DNA of 60,769 nt, filler included, from Hausera hauseri (GCA_046269625.1; 12 parts of 12 records of this genome joined end to end with filler, not necessarily neighbours in it); one strand, 5' to 3'; shown: positions 37,580 to 50,639, numbered from the whole stretch's first letter. Notes: generated by a model not told the origin, from the sequence alone. Program-made: numbers and translations.

Positions 37580-39848
37580 GAACAATGCATAAACAAATAC
37601 ATTTTATTGGACGACCTGCAAAATATTCGATCATTCAAATGTTAAACCGCGAATTTTCTGAAACTAGTCACACATTTTGTTATCCGTATTTATAGTAAAC
37701 GACAGATGACTGTACGAAACTAAATCCAATCGAACGATAAACTTAGATTGAGGAAGAATTATGAGATCAAAAATGAGATTCCAATGCAAAAAAGATGGCT
37801 AATAACAATTTTAAAATTTAAAGTTCATAAAGTTGAAAATTTGTTTATTATTTTTTCTTTTTGGCACATTTAAACAAATTCAGTCGAAAAGTTCAAACAA
37901 TAAATATAACCATAAAATCGGCAGGCACAAACACTGAGACATGAATAAAACAGACATCTAAGAAAAAACTCATCCACGTTTTGATCAATGAAAACAGAAA
38001 CAGCAATGATAATGTAAATAGCATTAATGACGTTTGGCATTAACAAGTCAACCATTATTTCTTTTCGATAAGGATCACCGTCGATGCTGGCTGCCATGCA
38101 TTTTGTACGACAAATCGAATAATACATCTGAGGTGCGACGAATACGTTTGTGGTAACTTGGGGTGGTTGAGTCGACCCCTCAGCTGATTTGGCCTTTGGT
38201 GCACAGTCTGATTGGGATTCTTTGATAGATAGTTTGTTTTTGATTGACACCTTTAAAACTTTATCCTTATTTGGATGATTCAATTCTTCGACTTTCATGT
38301 TCTTGTTTAGCAAATATCTGAATAGCACGAAGGATCAGAACTGTACGGCACATAATCCCGCAAAGGAGGTTTTATACAGGAACATTTAGGATGTCTGGAT
38401 GGAGGCAGTGAATGAGTGATATATTCATTTTGTTGAATAAGAGAATGGATGATTTTTTTTTTCAAAATTTCATCCTGCAATCCACTAGAGGCAACAGACA
38501 CAGGATGAAANNNNNNNNNNNNNNNNNNNNNNNNNNNNNNNNNNNNNNNNNNNNTTAATTAATTAANNNNNNNNNNNNNNNNNNNNNNNNNNNNNNNNNN
38601 NNNNNNNNNNGAACCGGCATACCCTTTGTCGGGCCGCCAGAAGAGTTGTCCAAACATGTTATATATCGTTCGAATCGCGCTGCCATATCAAGACCAACTC
38701 TGCAGAGAAACCGACAATATTGGTTCTCTTTCAGACTCAATCCCCAGAAAACCTCAAAAGTGATCAAGTGCTCACTGCTCAATCGAAATGAGTCGGACGA
38801 CCGAGATCATTGCACCGTTCAATTTGCCTCCCAATCGTCGTTCCGGCGATATGCAGACCATTTCACTATCCATTACCGTTCCGGTGTTATGGTCATTTTC
38901 CCGGTTTATTCCTCTTTAAATCGCTTTAGCAAACAATTGATTTGTGCTCAAACTACTCATTGGACTGAATCCATTCGCATACCAGTCGATAGATCTAATC
39001 GAATACTACTCGACGGAATCGATGAAAACCCTGTGTGATGTGAGGATTTTGAGCAGTGCGCATTTCAAACTTACCTTTTTGATCAGTTTTCTGCTTCTAA
39101 CTCCGGCCCGTACAAACCAGTCACGTCACTTTGTGCTCCATCCGCCTCAGCTCATTGACACGAATCGAATGACACCAAAATGAACTCCGTGCGACTCCTA
39201 TGGGTTGAGATATTGACTTTCCGGTCATTTTTACCGAAAAACCGGAACTGTTCCAAAACCGTCATACCCTTTTACGGGCCATCCTGAAGAGCTATCTCTA
39301 CAATCCTCATACCATTCTCACCACTGTGATGTGCCTAGGTCAACCGTGAAGAGAAAATTGCAATATTTTTCTTCAGTCCCACGCAGTTTCCCAAAAACCA
39401 CTTTTCAGGTCAATTTCTCAGTGCCCTTACGCGATTTTTGCAATTTTTCAAAGCCGAGCACACGAGGACACCGCTGCTGCGCAACTTTTGCGTCATTTCC
39501 TGCCCGGAAATTGCACAACTTCCGGTAAAAATTGCGTAACATTGCGCAAATTTCACCGGATGTGACACAATTTGCAACGGAAGTGACGCAAAGTTATACC
39601 GGAAGTTACGCAATTTTCTAGGGTGGGGGTGTTCCAGAACCGGCATTTTTATACTACTTCCATGTGTCAACGACATCTGCCGGATACGTCATTACTTTTG
39701 TTCCTTCGACAATGCCACACCTCCATTTGCGCTTTATTATTAGGAAAGGCTATAAAACGGTTTCTATTGATTTTATCCCGTTATTTGCCTTTCACCATGG
39801 AAATGCAATTGCACACTTGAAGCAAAAGTCTTCTCTGACTGGATTCAC

Positions 39849-42800
39849 CGCAGGAGACCCGGTCACACCGGAGTTTCGAGCACATCAGTGTGACCAACTG
39901 CCCGGACGTCTGTCCTATATCTATGAGTTCTACGCAATGGCCCGTTACGTCACCACATCACCGACTAAAACCCACACCAAAACTCTTTTTTTTCTTTTTC
40001 CTAAATAATTCCCAATAATTTGGACACAGAATAACGTCTTTTATAGATGCAACCTACTTGCACAATTATGTACTTCATTTTGCTAATATCCCTGACTTTT
40101 ATCTCACTTACAACAACCTACCTGTAAATAATGTCAATTTTCGCAACCTTTCTGTTCATTATTCAAGTACACATTCGTATCCGTGGTGGCATGGATTCTT
40201 CGCCCACCATTGACACTACTGATAATACCAACTCTAAATCCACACCCTTCACTTTTCTCCAAAAGCCAACGACAGCCACCACACCATCTACTTTCACCAT
40301 TTATACACCTTCCATCTCGCCAGCCAAACACACTTCTTCTCAGTGCACAGAATACTTTATTGACCATGAAAAGTCCATCAAAACTTGGCTTAACTTTTAC
40401 AAACTTTGGTTTAAGTCCAACAACATTACTGATCCCTCTGCCAAAGCTCATAGTTTACTTTGCCTCTTACCAAACACAATAAAGACTTCACTTCACAATA
40501 TTTTAGACATTTTTCAACAATCCAACCCGTACACTTATCACTATAATGCAGTTTTAAAACTCACGGAATTGTCTATGGATTCCATAATTCATGGATTCTT
40601 CAATGATAACGCTATTGGTACCAAAAACCATCCGATTTTCTCAGAACCTCTCTCGCTCAACTGCAAACACGGCGTTACAAAACAAAATAATTCCGATCTT
40701 TTACGACGTTACTTTCTAAACGCATTACCGATTCAGATCAGGGCTCTGCTTACTGTCGTCGAGGAATCGACGGCGCTAGATAAGTTAGCCGAACTTGCAA
40801 ACAAAACGTACGAGATTTTACATCTAAACACAATCTATCATTTTTGCAGCGCTTACAGCAAACGACAACACATTAGAATATCAAATACAACAGTTGCGAG
40901 CCGAAAATGCAGCCCTACATAATACTATAAACCATGTCATCGATAGATTAAATGAAATCTCTATGACTCAACGAAATGGTTCCACCTCCGACCACACACT
41001 CGCTGTACCCAGAGGTCAATCACCTTCTCCCGCGCGATCGCTAATCTGTTTTTACCACGATAGGTTTGCTCATAAAGCACAAAAATGTCATCTCGGTGTC
41101 GCTTTTGCACCCAAAAGTATCACGTTAACAATGCTGTTTGCATTTACCACGTAAAGTTTAAGCATGATGCACATAGGTGTATTCCTTATTGTGCCTTTAG
41201 AAGCAACACTCAACATACGAAGGTCCGACGTTCTCTCTTACCTTCTAACAGCCGTCCATGTCCACCACTGCCAAAAAACTAATTCCGACGACAGAGCTTA
41301 CGGCAAGTCCTGGTGGAGGCCAGTATCCAGTTTCTACCAGCCGAAAACTTTCTCTCGCCGTATTTACAGTTAAAGCAGTAACTAAATCACCAAAATCTCG
41401 CCACATAGACTTCCTTGTCGATTCAAGTGCAGCGATTTCTTTCCTACCGCTCACCTTTCCAACTTAACACACTTTATCCAAATATAAACCTCTATTTACA
41501 GCTTCTGGATAACCGCTACATGTTTTCGGTACTCGTAGGCTTTCTTTTACCCTTCCGAAATTTACGCCAACGTTCCACTGGACGTTTACCGTTGCAAACG
41601 TCCAGACAGCCATTTTAGGTTCCGACTTTTTGCACCATAATCTCCTTGTCTATTGCAAACAACGTTGCTTAACAAGTGGTTAAAATAAGGAGCAAATCGA
41701 TCACACCGATACCATTTCGGTTGTCATGCGGATGAATGCAACTCGAAAACCGATATTAAAAAACCGTTGAACAAACCTTTTTTTACAATCATGGTATCTT
41801 TTTTATAAGTTGTTGAAGAACAATATTACTGACGATTGGATTTTGCACGGCGATGAGCATGATTCCACTACCAATTCCAAATCATTAAATAACACTACCA
41901 CCTACAATACCATTTTCAATACTACCATCCTGCATCGAATACCACTTCATTTTAGATCACCAAATAACGTCCAAATTGCAACAGTTACCGATAAAACCAT
42001 CTTGCTTCCAACAAACTTTTCACAATTACTTGAAAGTCTGCAGCAATTTAGTAATGTATCCTGTTCTAGAATAATTCAAAAAGACAGGTCTTTTACACCA
42101 ACCAATACCACTCTCATCACATTATGACACAACATCAAAGACCTTTCCGCCAAAACGTGCGTCCATTATCTCCTCGTCGTAGACAGGCCGTTGAAGCCAA
42201 ATTTCTAGAGCTCGAACGTTCCGGCATCGTATGTCGCTCCAAATCCCAATGGTCGTCGCCATTACATGTCCTGCAAAAGAAGGACGGAACTTTTAGACCA
42301 TGTGGTAATTATCGTCAGTTAAACCCTTTGACAATAATGGATGCATATCCGCTACCACTCATTAAGGATATCTTACACCGTCTTAATAACACCACAATTT
42401 ATTCTACCATTAATTTATTCAAAGCCTAGCACCAAATTCCGGTGGCACCTGAAGATATCGCAAAAACAGCCGTAACTACTCCTTTTGGCCTTTGCGAATA
42501 TCTGTACATGTCTTTCGGCCTACGAAACGCTGCGCAGACCTTTCAACGCCAAATTGATGCTATTCTTTCTCATTTTCCATATGCTCATCCATATATCGAT
42601 GACATATAAGTTGTTTCTTCTTCAACCCAACAACACGAGAAACACCTCAGATCACTCTTTCAACGTTTACACCAGAAGAACCTACAGATTAATTTCGCAA
42701 AATGTCGTTTTTTCCAGAAGCGTCTAAATTTTCTTGGTCACATTATTTCTTCTGAAGATCACTCTCCTCAACCCGATCGAGTTTGAATCCCTAAAAAATG

Positions 42801-43421
42801 TGCAAATACCTCGGACAACAACAGAAATTAGGAGTTTTTTGGGCACTTTGCACTTCGTTCACAAGTATGTGCTGTACTGCTCTGAACTTACCGTACCATT
42901 TGCTCATTTCAGTGGTGGATAAAAACACCATTCAATATTATGGACTTCCGAACTAGTAAATAAATTTGAAAAGCTAAGAGAAGGTTTGAAAACAGTCGAA
43001 ATATTAGCTTTCCCTAAGCTTGATGCACAGCTTATCCTTACTACAGACGCCTCTACTACCGCCATAGGCGCTGTACTACACCAGATTTACAAAGGCGAAA
43101 ATCAGCCGCTGGAGTTCTTTTCACGCAAACTAACACCTCCTGAAACCAGATACTCCACGTTCGACTGAGAACTACTAGCGATAATTCTTGCCTTAAAACA
43201 TTTTTCACATTTGCTCACCGGTTGACGTTTAACCATACAAACTGACCATAAACCACTAATAAACATTATGGAAATGAAACATCTTTCTACTCGACAGGAA
43301 CGGCAGATTTTGTACTTGTCGACATTTAATTTCGAAATAAAACATATAAACGGCGTTAACAACTTAGCCGCCGACTTTTTTATCTCGGTCAGTAAGCTCA
43401 ATTGCATTTAGGCATATTTTC
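39849..43421 (+). mobile_element. CsRn1-like Gypsy copy B: Ubl-Gag, tandem CHCC, slippery site, protease, RT, RNase H
   Basis: FFLNN...LHNYVLHFANIPDFYLTYNN...FIIQVHIRIRGG|MDSSPT. Gag LLRRYFLNALP, LDKLAELA. CFYHDRF..KC...C and CIYHVKF..RC...C. AAAAAAC at 41273. FLVDSSA; YIDD; TTDAS. Confidence 0.92.
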
Positions 43422-43551
43422 NNNNNNNNNNNNNNNNNNNNNNNNNNNNNNNNNNNNNNNNNNNNTTAATTAATTAANNNNNNNNNNNNNNNNNNNNNNN
43501 NNNNNNNNNNNNNNNNNNNNNCGGAAGCACAATCAAGTCCATATCAAACTT

Positions 43552-44028
43552 TTATTTTCTATTTATGTAGTACAACAAAACCCGAGTCAACAATAATGAT
43601 AAAGTAGGATCACCACCACATAAACCACACGCATTAATCAATTCAGTAGGCGAATGAACGAGTCCATCGGAATTAGTTACATTGCAATCTTGCTCGAAAC
43701 AAATCCGATAAGCTGTCTGACACGTTGGAATGTTGGAATCACGTTTGACAAAATCTTCCACAAACCGTATTTGGCAGTCATTGTCATCTAACGTCAATTT
43801 ATGACAAGTATGAAAAATCTGGCCGAATATCGTGTTCATGTTACCAACAACTTGCTTCATATGTCGCAGATAAGGTTCTCGTGCCCTCCAATTGTCCTCA
43901 TCACGCCGGAGTATCTCTTCAGGCGAACAGTATCGTGCATCATGTAAAGGTCGATGAAAATTGTAAAGGTGACTCCGCAGACCGTCGAAGAAGTGATATA
44001 AACGAATGAATTCTGTTAAATAGGACAT
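43552..44028 (-). CDS. Intact 158-aa Cys/His-containing ORF of unknown function next to pPolB (probable Polinton/viral accessory gene)
   Basis: Uninterrupted ORF, TATAAATA about 35 bp upstream, AATAAA overlapping the stop, divergent from polB. Confidence 0.55.
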   Translation of the reverse strand: MSYLTEFIRLYHFFDGLRSHLYNFHRPLHDARYCSPEEILRRDEDNWRAREPYLRHMKQVVGNMNTIFGQIFHTCHKLTLDDNDCQIRFVEDFVKRDSNIPTCQTAYRICFEQDCNVTNSDGLVHSPTELINACGLCGGDPTLSLLLTRVLLYYINRK

Positions 44029-44261
44029 GTCGTAATGTCATGCCGTAAAGAAGCACAGGTATTTATACTGAAATACAACAAATAAATTATATTTATTCAC
44101 GAAAACAAGCATAGCAAAATAATATATATGTGATTGAATAAGGTCAATCAACTTTTTCATTACAATACAAAGCGAAGCAGTAAATAAAAGTCCAATGAAG
44201 AAATTAATACGTCGTTGTCGTTTTCGTTTCATTTCATCCTCGATACGTTTTACGAAGAGAT

Positions 44262-47127
44262 TTGACTAGTAATTCATTCATACCGACACCTGAATCCTTG
44301 AAGCAGTCTCTGGCGGTAGTGAATGTACAAAATACTAACGACAAATACTGCTTTATTTACAGCATTCTGGCCATATTGAAATATGATCAAGTGTCCAGAC
44401 ATCATGCAAATTGTCCAATGCAGTACAGTAAGTATTTCTCAGAATTGGACTACGACGAGTGTTGGATGCCGATGAAACTCAAAACTATTCCGGCTTTTGA
44501 ACGGCGTAATCCGACACTGGCAATCAACGTGTTCCGGTTCAACACAATCGTATAGAAACCGGTGGATGAGGAAATTTACAAGAATACGCACGTGGACATC
44601 ATTTACCGCAGTCGAAATCCAATTGGTCGCCCAGTAAATGTGTTGCTGTTGGAGAAAGAAGAAAAGTTTCATTACACGGCCGTGACCAATTTCGACAAAT
44701 TGTTGAACATGGAACATGAACAGTTCATCAAAAAGCGTATGCGGTGCAGTGTCCCGTGTGTCTGCATGGATTCCGGTAAAATGAGACATGGGAAAAGCAT
44801 GTGACGATGTGCAAGCAAACTTCGTGAGGAACCACAATATCTGTTATGCCAGTCAAAATGGAGTTGAGATTCAGTGACTGGTGAAAAACAGGCAGTCCTG
44901 CATGTGGTGTATGCCGATATCATAGCAATTCTACCACGACACAATGTATACGATCAAAAGCACGTTCCAATTGCCGTCGGTATGTTGGTTGTCCCAATAA
45001 AAGCCGCCGGGCAACAGCAGTATTACGTTTTCCATGGTTGGAACTGTGATAATGATTTCCTGCAACAGTTGGAAACCATAGTGGAAACGGAAATCGCACC
45101 GTGGTATCGCAATAATTGCAATAAGCCATTGATTTGGGCAGACGAATATCTACCGTTGCTTTGAGCTATCACCGATGAATGCTATCTGTGCCACCAAATA
45201 ATACCGTTTGAAGCACAGGAACGGCATGTACCGGATCACGACCATTTCACCGGACGATACTTGGGAGCAGCATGCAATTCATGCAATTTAGCAAGACGAG
45301 TGCGACCATTCCTGCCGGTGGTCTTTCATAATTTCCGAGGTTATGACTGTCACCATATTCTCAAATGAGCCCTTAACGGTTTCCGCACTGGGAACTTTCT
45401 ATAATTCCGACTACTATGGAGAAATGCCTGTCACTGTCTGCTGGTATAAACCGGTTTCAGGTACGCTTCCTTGATTCATTGCAATTTCTCAATGAATCAT
45501 TGCTAAAGCTGGTAAATGCCTTGCCAGATGAGCCGATAGCACTGACGCAGTTCACTGCACATATTGCGCGCAGCAAAGACATATTTCCATGACTTTGCAA
45601 CATCATATGAGCGACTCTGGACAGCAGAGGAATTACCGCAGCGATGCACAGGTATCGCAGAAGATGAATATCGTAGAGCACCAGAATCTTGGACAGAACT
45701 GGGCTGTAAAATCATGTTGGAGTACATGCTCCAGTATCTTAAACTGGACGTGTACTTATAAGCCGACGTGTTCGAAGCATTTCGAATCAAAGCGCTGGCG
45801 GAACATAAGTTGGAGCCACTCAAATATTATTCCATACCGGGAATGGGTTTGGCGTTAGCTCTAATGTTACTGGATCGAGGCATTGAGCTGCTGCAAGACC
45901 CGGAAATATACCGGATGTTTGATGTTGGTATTTGCGGTAGCATGACATTTGTCAACACGCATCAGGTCCGTGCTACCGATACCACATCACTGCTGTATAT
46001 TGATATTAATAACCTGTACGATTGGGCGCTTTCACAACCTTTACCGTACGGTTCATTTGAATGGGTAGTCGACAGACAAGATCTGGACGATATAATGGTC
46101 AACCTGCCACGAGCAGATATGGCAGGCTCAGTCGGATGCCTGATGGAGGTCGATCTCGAGATACCAGACAAACTGCATGACGTTTTGGGCGATTTACCGG
46201 TCGCACCATTTAACCAATGTCTGCCAGGCTCAAAAGTGAAGAAACTACTCATGACGCATGAACCGAAGCTGAATTACGTGATCCATTGGAGTCTGCTACA
46301 GTTCTACATGCAGCTCGATGTACGCGTCACACAGCTGCATTGAGCAATCCGATTTGCTCAGGCTCCCATATTCATGATGTACATAGATCGAAATTCGGAG
46401 AAACGAGCCGCAGCTTGCACAAAGTTCGAAAAGGACTGCTAAAAGATAAATATGAATAAGCGGCTCAATGTGCGCCTATGTAACTCGGAAAAGCGGCTGG
46501 TTACGTATACCAGCAAGGCACAGCTTCGACGGTCAATGCACATTGCCGATGGATTGGTTGCCGTACTTTTAAACAGAAAAAGTCGTACTGGACCGGCCAA
46601 GTTATATAGGACAAGCGGTATTGGACCTGAGCAAGTTGCGGATGTATGAGCTGCACTATCGCAATTTGGCACGTTACAGGCAAATGTTCGGCGGAGCCGG
46701 TGACACAGATAGTTTTTTCTTGGAACTGGAAAACTTCAATCACGAAAAACTACTGCGGCAAATGATGGCAGACGGCAACGCCATCAAACAAAATCGACTG
46801 CTTCAAGGATGAAAGAGAAGGTCGGTTTCAATTTAGGGAATGAATATTTCTGCGGCCAAAATGTTATAGCCTTTTAACTGACTATGGCTGAAAATGCGCC
46901 CCAAAGGAGTTCAGTTGGCTCAGACGGAAATAAAGCACGGTGATTATCGCCGTGTCTATGAAAAAGGATAATCAAAGATTGTTGTGTCACAAACGATCAT
47001 CCGATCGATTGATAACCAGCTGTATACGGTGACCAATACAAAAGTCGCTTTATCATACAATGATAATAAGCGTAAATGGGTGGGGCGAAATAAGAGTTGG
47101 GCGTACGGACATTGGCGTTTGGAATAA
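44262..47127 (+). pseudogene. Second Polinton/adintovirus-type pPolB (decayed, divergent from the first)
   Basis: AVVNVQNTNDKYCFIYSILA; DHDHFTGRYLGAACNSCNL; VFHNFRGYDCH; RFLDSLQFL; YIDINNLYDWALSQPLP; LDLSKLRMYELHY; DTDSFF; KGV; DNKR; AYGHW. Confidence 0.92.
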
Positions 47128-47364
47128 AACACGCATGAATTCAATGCTGATGATACAGAGAGACCAAATTACTGTGCAAATTCATTGTGATCTGTTTGTT
47201 TTGTATAAATAATGTATATTGTTCGTTGTTTTTGCATTTTGTTTTATTATCATTTAATTTATCTATATACATTTATCTATTTAACTAAACATGATGAGAA
47301 ACAATATGAAAAACAAAACAAATAAAATTTATTATAAACATAAGCTAAAATCAAAAACAAAGTC

Positions 47365-47740
47365 AAATCAGCGTAAACTTTCCCAGCTTCCATTTTGGTG
47401 ATTTAACGCCGTGCAGATCCTTGTATCATTTCAACTTCAATGTTAGATGGCTTTTAGCCCCTTCCGGTGGCAAAACCAATTTTGCTTCTATCTCTCCGCC
47501 ATGTGAACTGACAATTTTCGCCATACTTCCTTTGAAAAAAATCGACGATGTGTCTCGGATATCGCTAGTCAACACCAAATCACTGTCAACTTTTCTAATT
47601 GTGTCTTCCATTGTATCCAAATCATCGTCGCTGATCGTTTTCACCAATAGACCATATTTCACTGACTTGATTTTGACCGTTTGTGTCAATGGCAATTGAA
47701 TAGCGTTGCGCAGATAATGTAAGTTGTATCCATTATACAA
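47365..47740 (-). pseudogene. Unknown small ORF convergent with pPolB (probable Polinton accessory gene)
   Basis: The reading frame continues past one stop (...LTLKLK*YKDLHGVKSPKWKLGKVYADL). An AT-rich terminator-like region separates it from polB. Confidence 0.35.
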
Positions 47741-47843
47741 CCGNNNNNNNNNNNNNNNNNNNNNNNNNNNNNNNNNNNNNNNNNNNNTTAATTAATTAAN
47801 NNNNNNNNNNNNNNNNNNNNNNNNNNNNNNNNNNNNNNNNNNN

Positions 47844-49440
47844 GTTAAAGAGGCTCTTAACGTAAAAACGGCATAAGTATGGCTATCAGGATGAGAAATT
47901 TTGCCTGTGTCAGAATGTGCCGAAACATCTGGAGGCTTTATGAGTTTTTTGGATGCACAGGATTTATGTTCCTGGATAGAGTAGGATGTGATGGATTAGA
48001 TCGATTAACAAAGGTACAACCTGTAACGCAGTTCTGTGTTTTAGAATTGAATTTATTATGGTATATTTAGATAATATCGGATCGTTTGAAATTGGGAGCA
48101 TAAAATCTGCAACCTAAGCAACATTTAGTGGAGTTGTATTTAAATTTAGTGTGGTAGTAGCACACCACTGATCGTGTAGGTAACCTCGCATGCCTTGAAT
48201 TTTGAGATGAAGTGAGGTTATGGTTTGCATCAATACAATTTCGTCTAGGCATAATCAAAGTTTCGATTTTTGACGTGAATGCAGAAATTGCTTGGTGTAT
48301 GTTGGCGTTTTCAGAACGTAAAGAATTTATCTTGGAGTTCAGATTAGATATGTCGTTAGCCTGTTGAGTTGTTGGTGCTTGTAGCGTAGCGGCTACTAGT
48401 GGGGCTGTATGTTTATGTAATATCTTGTTGCTTTTGTCAGCCAGTTGTGCTAGTTTGTGTAGTGACGATGTGTCCTCTACTATGGTCAACAGTGCACGTA
48501 TGTCTCTAGGTAAAGACTGCAGAAAATATCTGCGTAGTAAATCGGTGTTGTTTGCTTGATTAACGTCAAGAGTACTCAATTGAGTTAATGAGGTTTGAAG
48601 AAATTCTGAGGGTTTCAATGAGTCTATGGTGTTGTCGTTAAAATATTTGTGGATAATGTTATCCAGAGATGGATCCGTGATTTTTAAAATCGAGTTAAAA
48701 ATGTTTTGTATGGTTCACTGCTTTGGAAAATTTCCGACAAGTTGGGAAGCTGCGACTTAATGTTGGATGGCAAAAGTATAAGCAAGTTGTCGACAATATT
48801 ATTGGACTTCAACCAAGCCATATGAAGGTCCAACCACGTCCGGCTGGAATGTTGCTTGTCAACGAAGTATTCTACGCAAGGTAGGTTTACAGTAGACGAC
48901 GAAGGTAAAGGTAAATTTAGCGGTACGCTTATAGTAGGAATGTCGACAAAGTCTTGTTGGTCGTTAGATGAGGCTTTTGGATCGGATCCACCTAACAGAC
49001 GGTAGTGTACAGTCAGTATAGGTGTTGAAGATGAGTGGGTGTAACTTTTTATAATGTCGGATTGTCGGACAAAAGTCCATTAAAACTAAGGCGAAAATTA
49101 ACACGAGTTGTTTGTCGTTGTAACATGCCTGATAATTTTGAAATTGTTGCTGATTTGTGAATGTAGTAGGATTGTGTATGCTTATTTTCGAATAACAAGA
49201 CAAGTGGAACGAAACTGTCACATAAGTCGGCTGTGCAATGTGGCGCATAAGACACTGGCGCGCCAAAATCCCCGCAATGTGTCAGTCGATTTGCCCAACC
49301 GGGGTGGTAAACACTGGAAAAGACGTCCTGCTCCTCCAGCTCGGTTGACGTTTGACGTCGTCGAGTTCTTTAATGTCCCGCGCGCATTCATAATTCAGAA
49401 AAAAGTCATTCTAGCGTCTGTCACCTTTGTTCCTGACACG
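47844..49440 (-). mobile_element. gag: CsRn1-like Gypsy copy F: Ubl-Gag, tandem CHCC, slippery site
   Basis: LVLLFENKHTQSYYIHKSATISKLSGMLQRQTTRVNFRLSFNGLLSDNPTL, frameshift, SYTHSSSTPILTVHYRLLGG|SDPK...VEYFVDKQHSSRTWL. KPSEFL; LLRRYFLQSLP; CYYHTKF..KCCLGC. AAAAAAC at 47944-47950. Confidence 0.9.
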
Positions 49441-50289
49441 ATTACAGTAACTAAGATAGGACGACGTAGTCCAATTTTGACGACATGATCATTCATTATT
49501 TCGGAACCGCCAGCTAAATCAATGGCTCTCAATAATTTGCGAGTCTGTACCCTAATAATTATTGAAAAATCTCGTAGATTCTCACAATGTTGAAGAAGGG
49601 TTGTACTCAAATACTTAAAGTGCATTATGCATCGAAGAAAAGTTGAATCTGAAATTTGTGGACGGGTACTTTTAATAGCATTTATTATGAGATATTTCAG
49701 ATTATCACCTTGTGATATCACCTGGAACATGATATGTATTGGCATAATTTTACAAATTATAATAGAACACAAGTATAATAAATTCACCGACCTTTTTTGG
49801 TTCCTAGCAGGTGATATTCAGAAATGGCCAAATCTGCAACGGTTTTTTATTTGTCATTATTCCTAATTTCCGAAGTTCCAACTTATTTTCTGCTGCAGAG
49901 TTGTCAAGTAATGGTACGCTTACTATCAGGAATCGGTATTGTATTGATACCAGCACATTATCAATTATATGTTCGACTAGATCATGATAATCGTCGTTCA
50001 TCAATCGTCTATCTTTGAATACTTCCAAATGTTGCATTTCAATATTCTAGTATGTTATCGATCTATTTCTTACGCCATTCAATTGTTTCGATAAAAACAT
50101 AATTCAAATAACGTTGAGTAAAATAGACATGGATAATTCAGTCTTTCGAGGTCGCTACGTTTATATCCTTCAAATTCTGCTTGAATGTCTGGCAGAATAA
50201 ACAATCTTCATTCATTGTAAAAATAATATATCCGTACGTAGCATTAATTAAACATAATCCTGGACCATAAAATGTAACACCATACCGCT

Positions 50290-50639
50290 GTGAATAAAAC
50301 TGTGGACCGTCTGGTGTTTTGGATGAAATGTAAATATATCAGGATAAAATGCAATTTCTTTTATATCAATTCCAACAGACTTCATTAAAGAATATGGTTC
50401 TGGGTAGTTTGACAAAAATAAAATTTGGACTAAAATGGGTTTATCGGCAGGATTTTGCAATAAAATATTTATGTAGCTACTATTTCCGACTTGCGTAATA
50501 GGGAATATGACAAACTTATCAGATAAAATGCTCGGCCATATTAACTGCACCGTAATTGCATTTAGAAATCCTTTTATAGCGGAAGTATCCATTTGCAAAG
50601 TAACATTGAAAGTTTTACCGTACACAAGTTGTGTGAATA
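50290..50639 (-). pseudogene. TMEM131: TMEM131 (RW1)-like gene fragment truncated by an insertion
   Basis: VQLIWPSILSDKFVIFPITQVGNSSYINILLQNPADKPILVQILFLSNYP matches the TMEM131 pattern LSWPSIL...FPLT....EITLENPADVPVYVQFIPL as recalled. Confidence 0.75.

Noticed and set aside
37870-38328. 152-aa ORF with a hydrophobic C-terminus
   Set aside because: It may be a host gene remnant, but no family was recognised.
39935-39952. tRNA-Ile PBS (TGGCCCGT-ACG) in copy B
   Set aside because: The match is partial, overlaps the candidate ATG and is absent from the other copies.
3908-47127. TBP-like gene and pPolB genes as one viral genome
   Set aside because: They lie on different contigs separated by artificial spacers, so linkage is unsupported.
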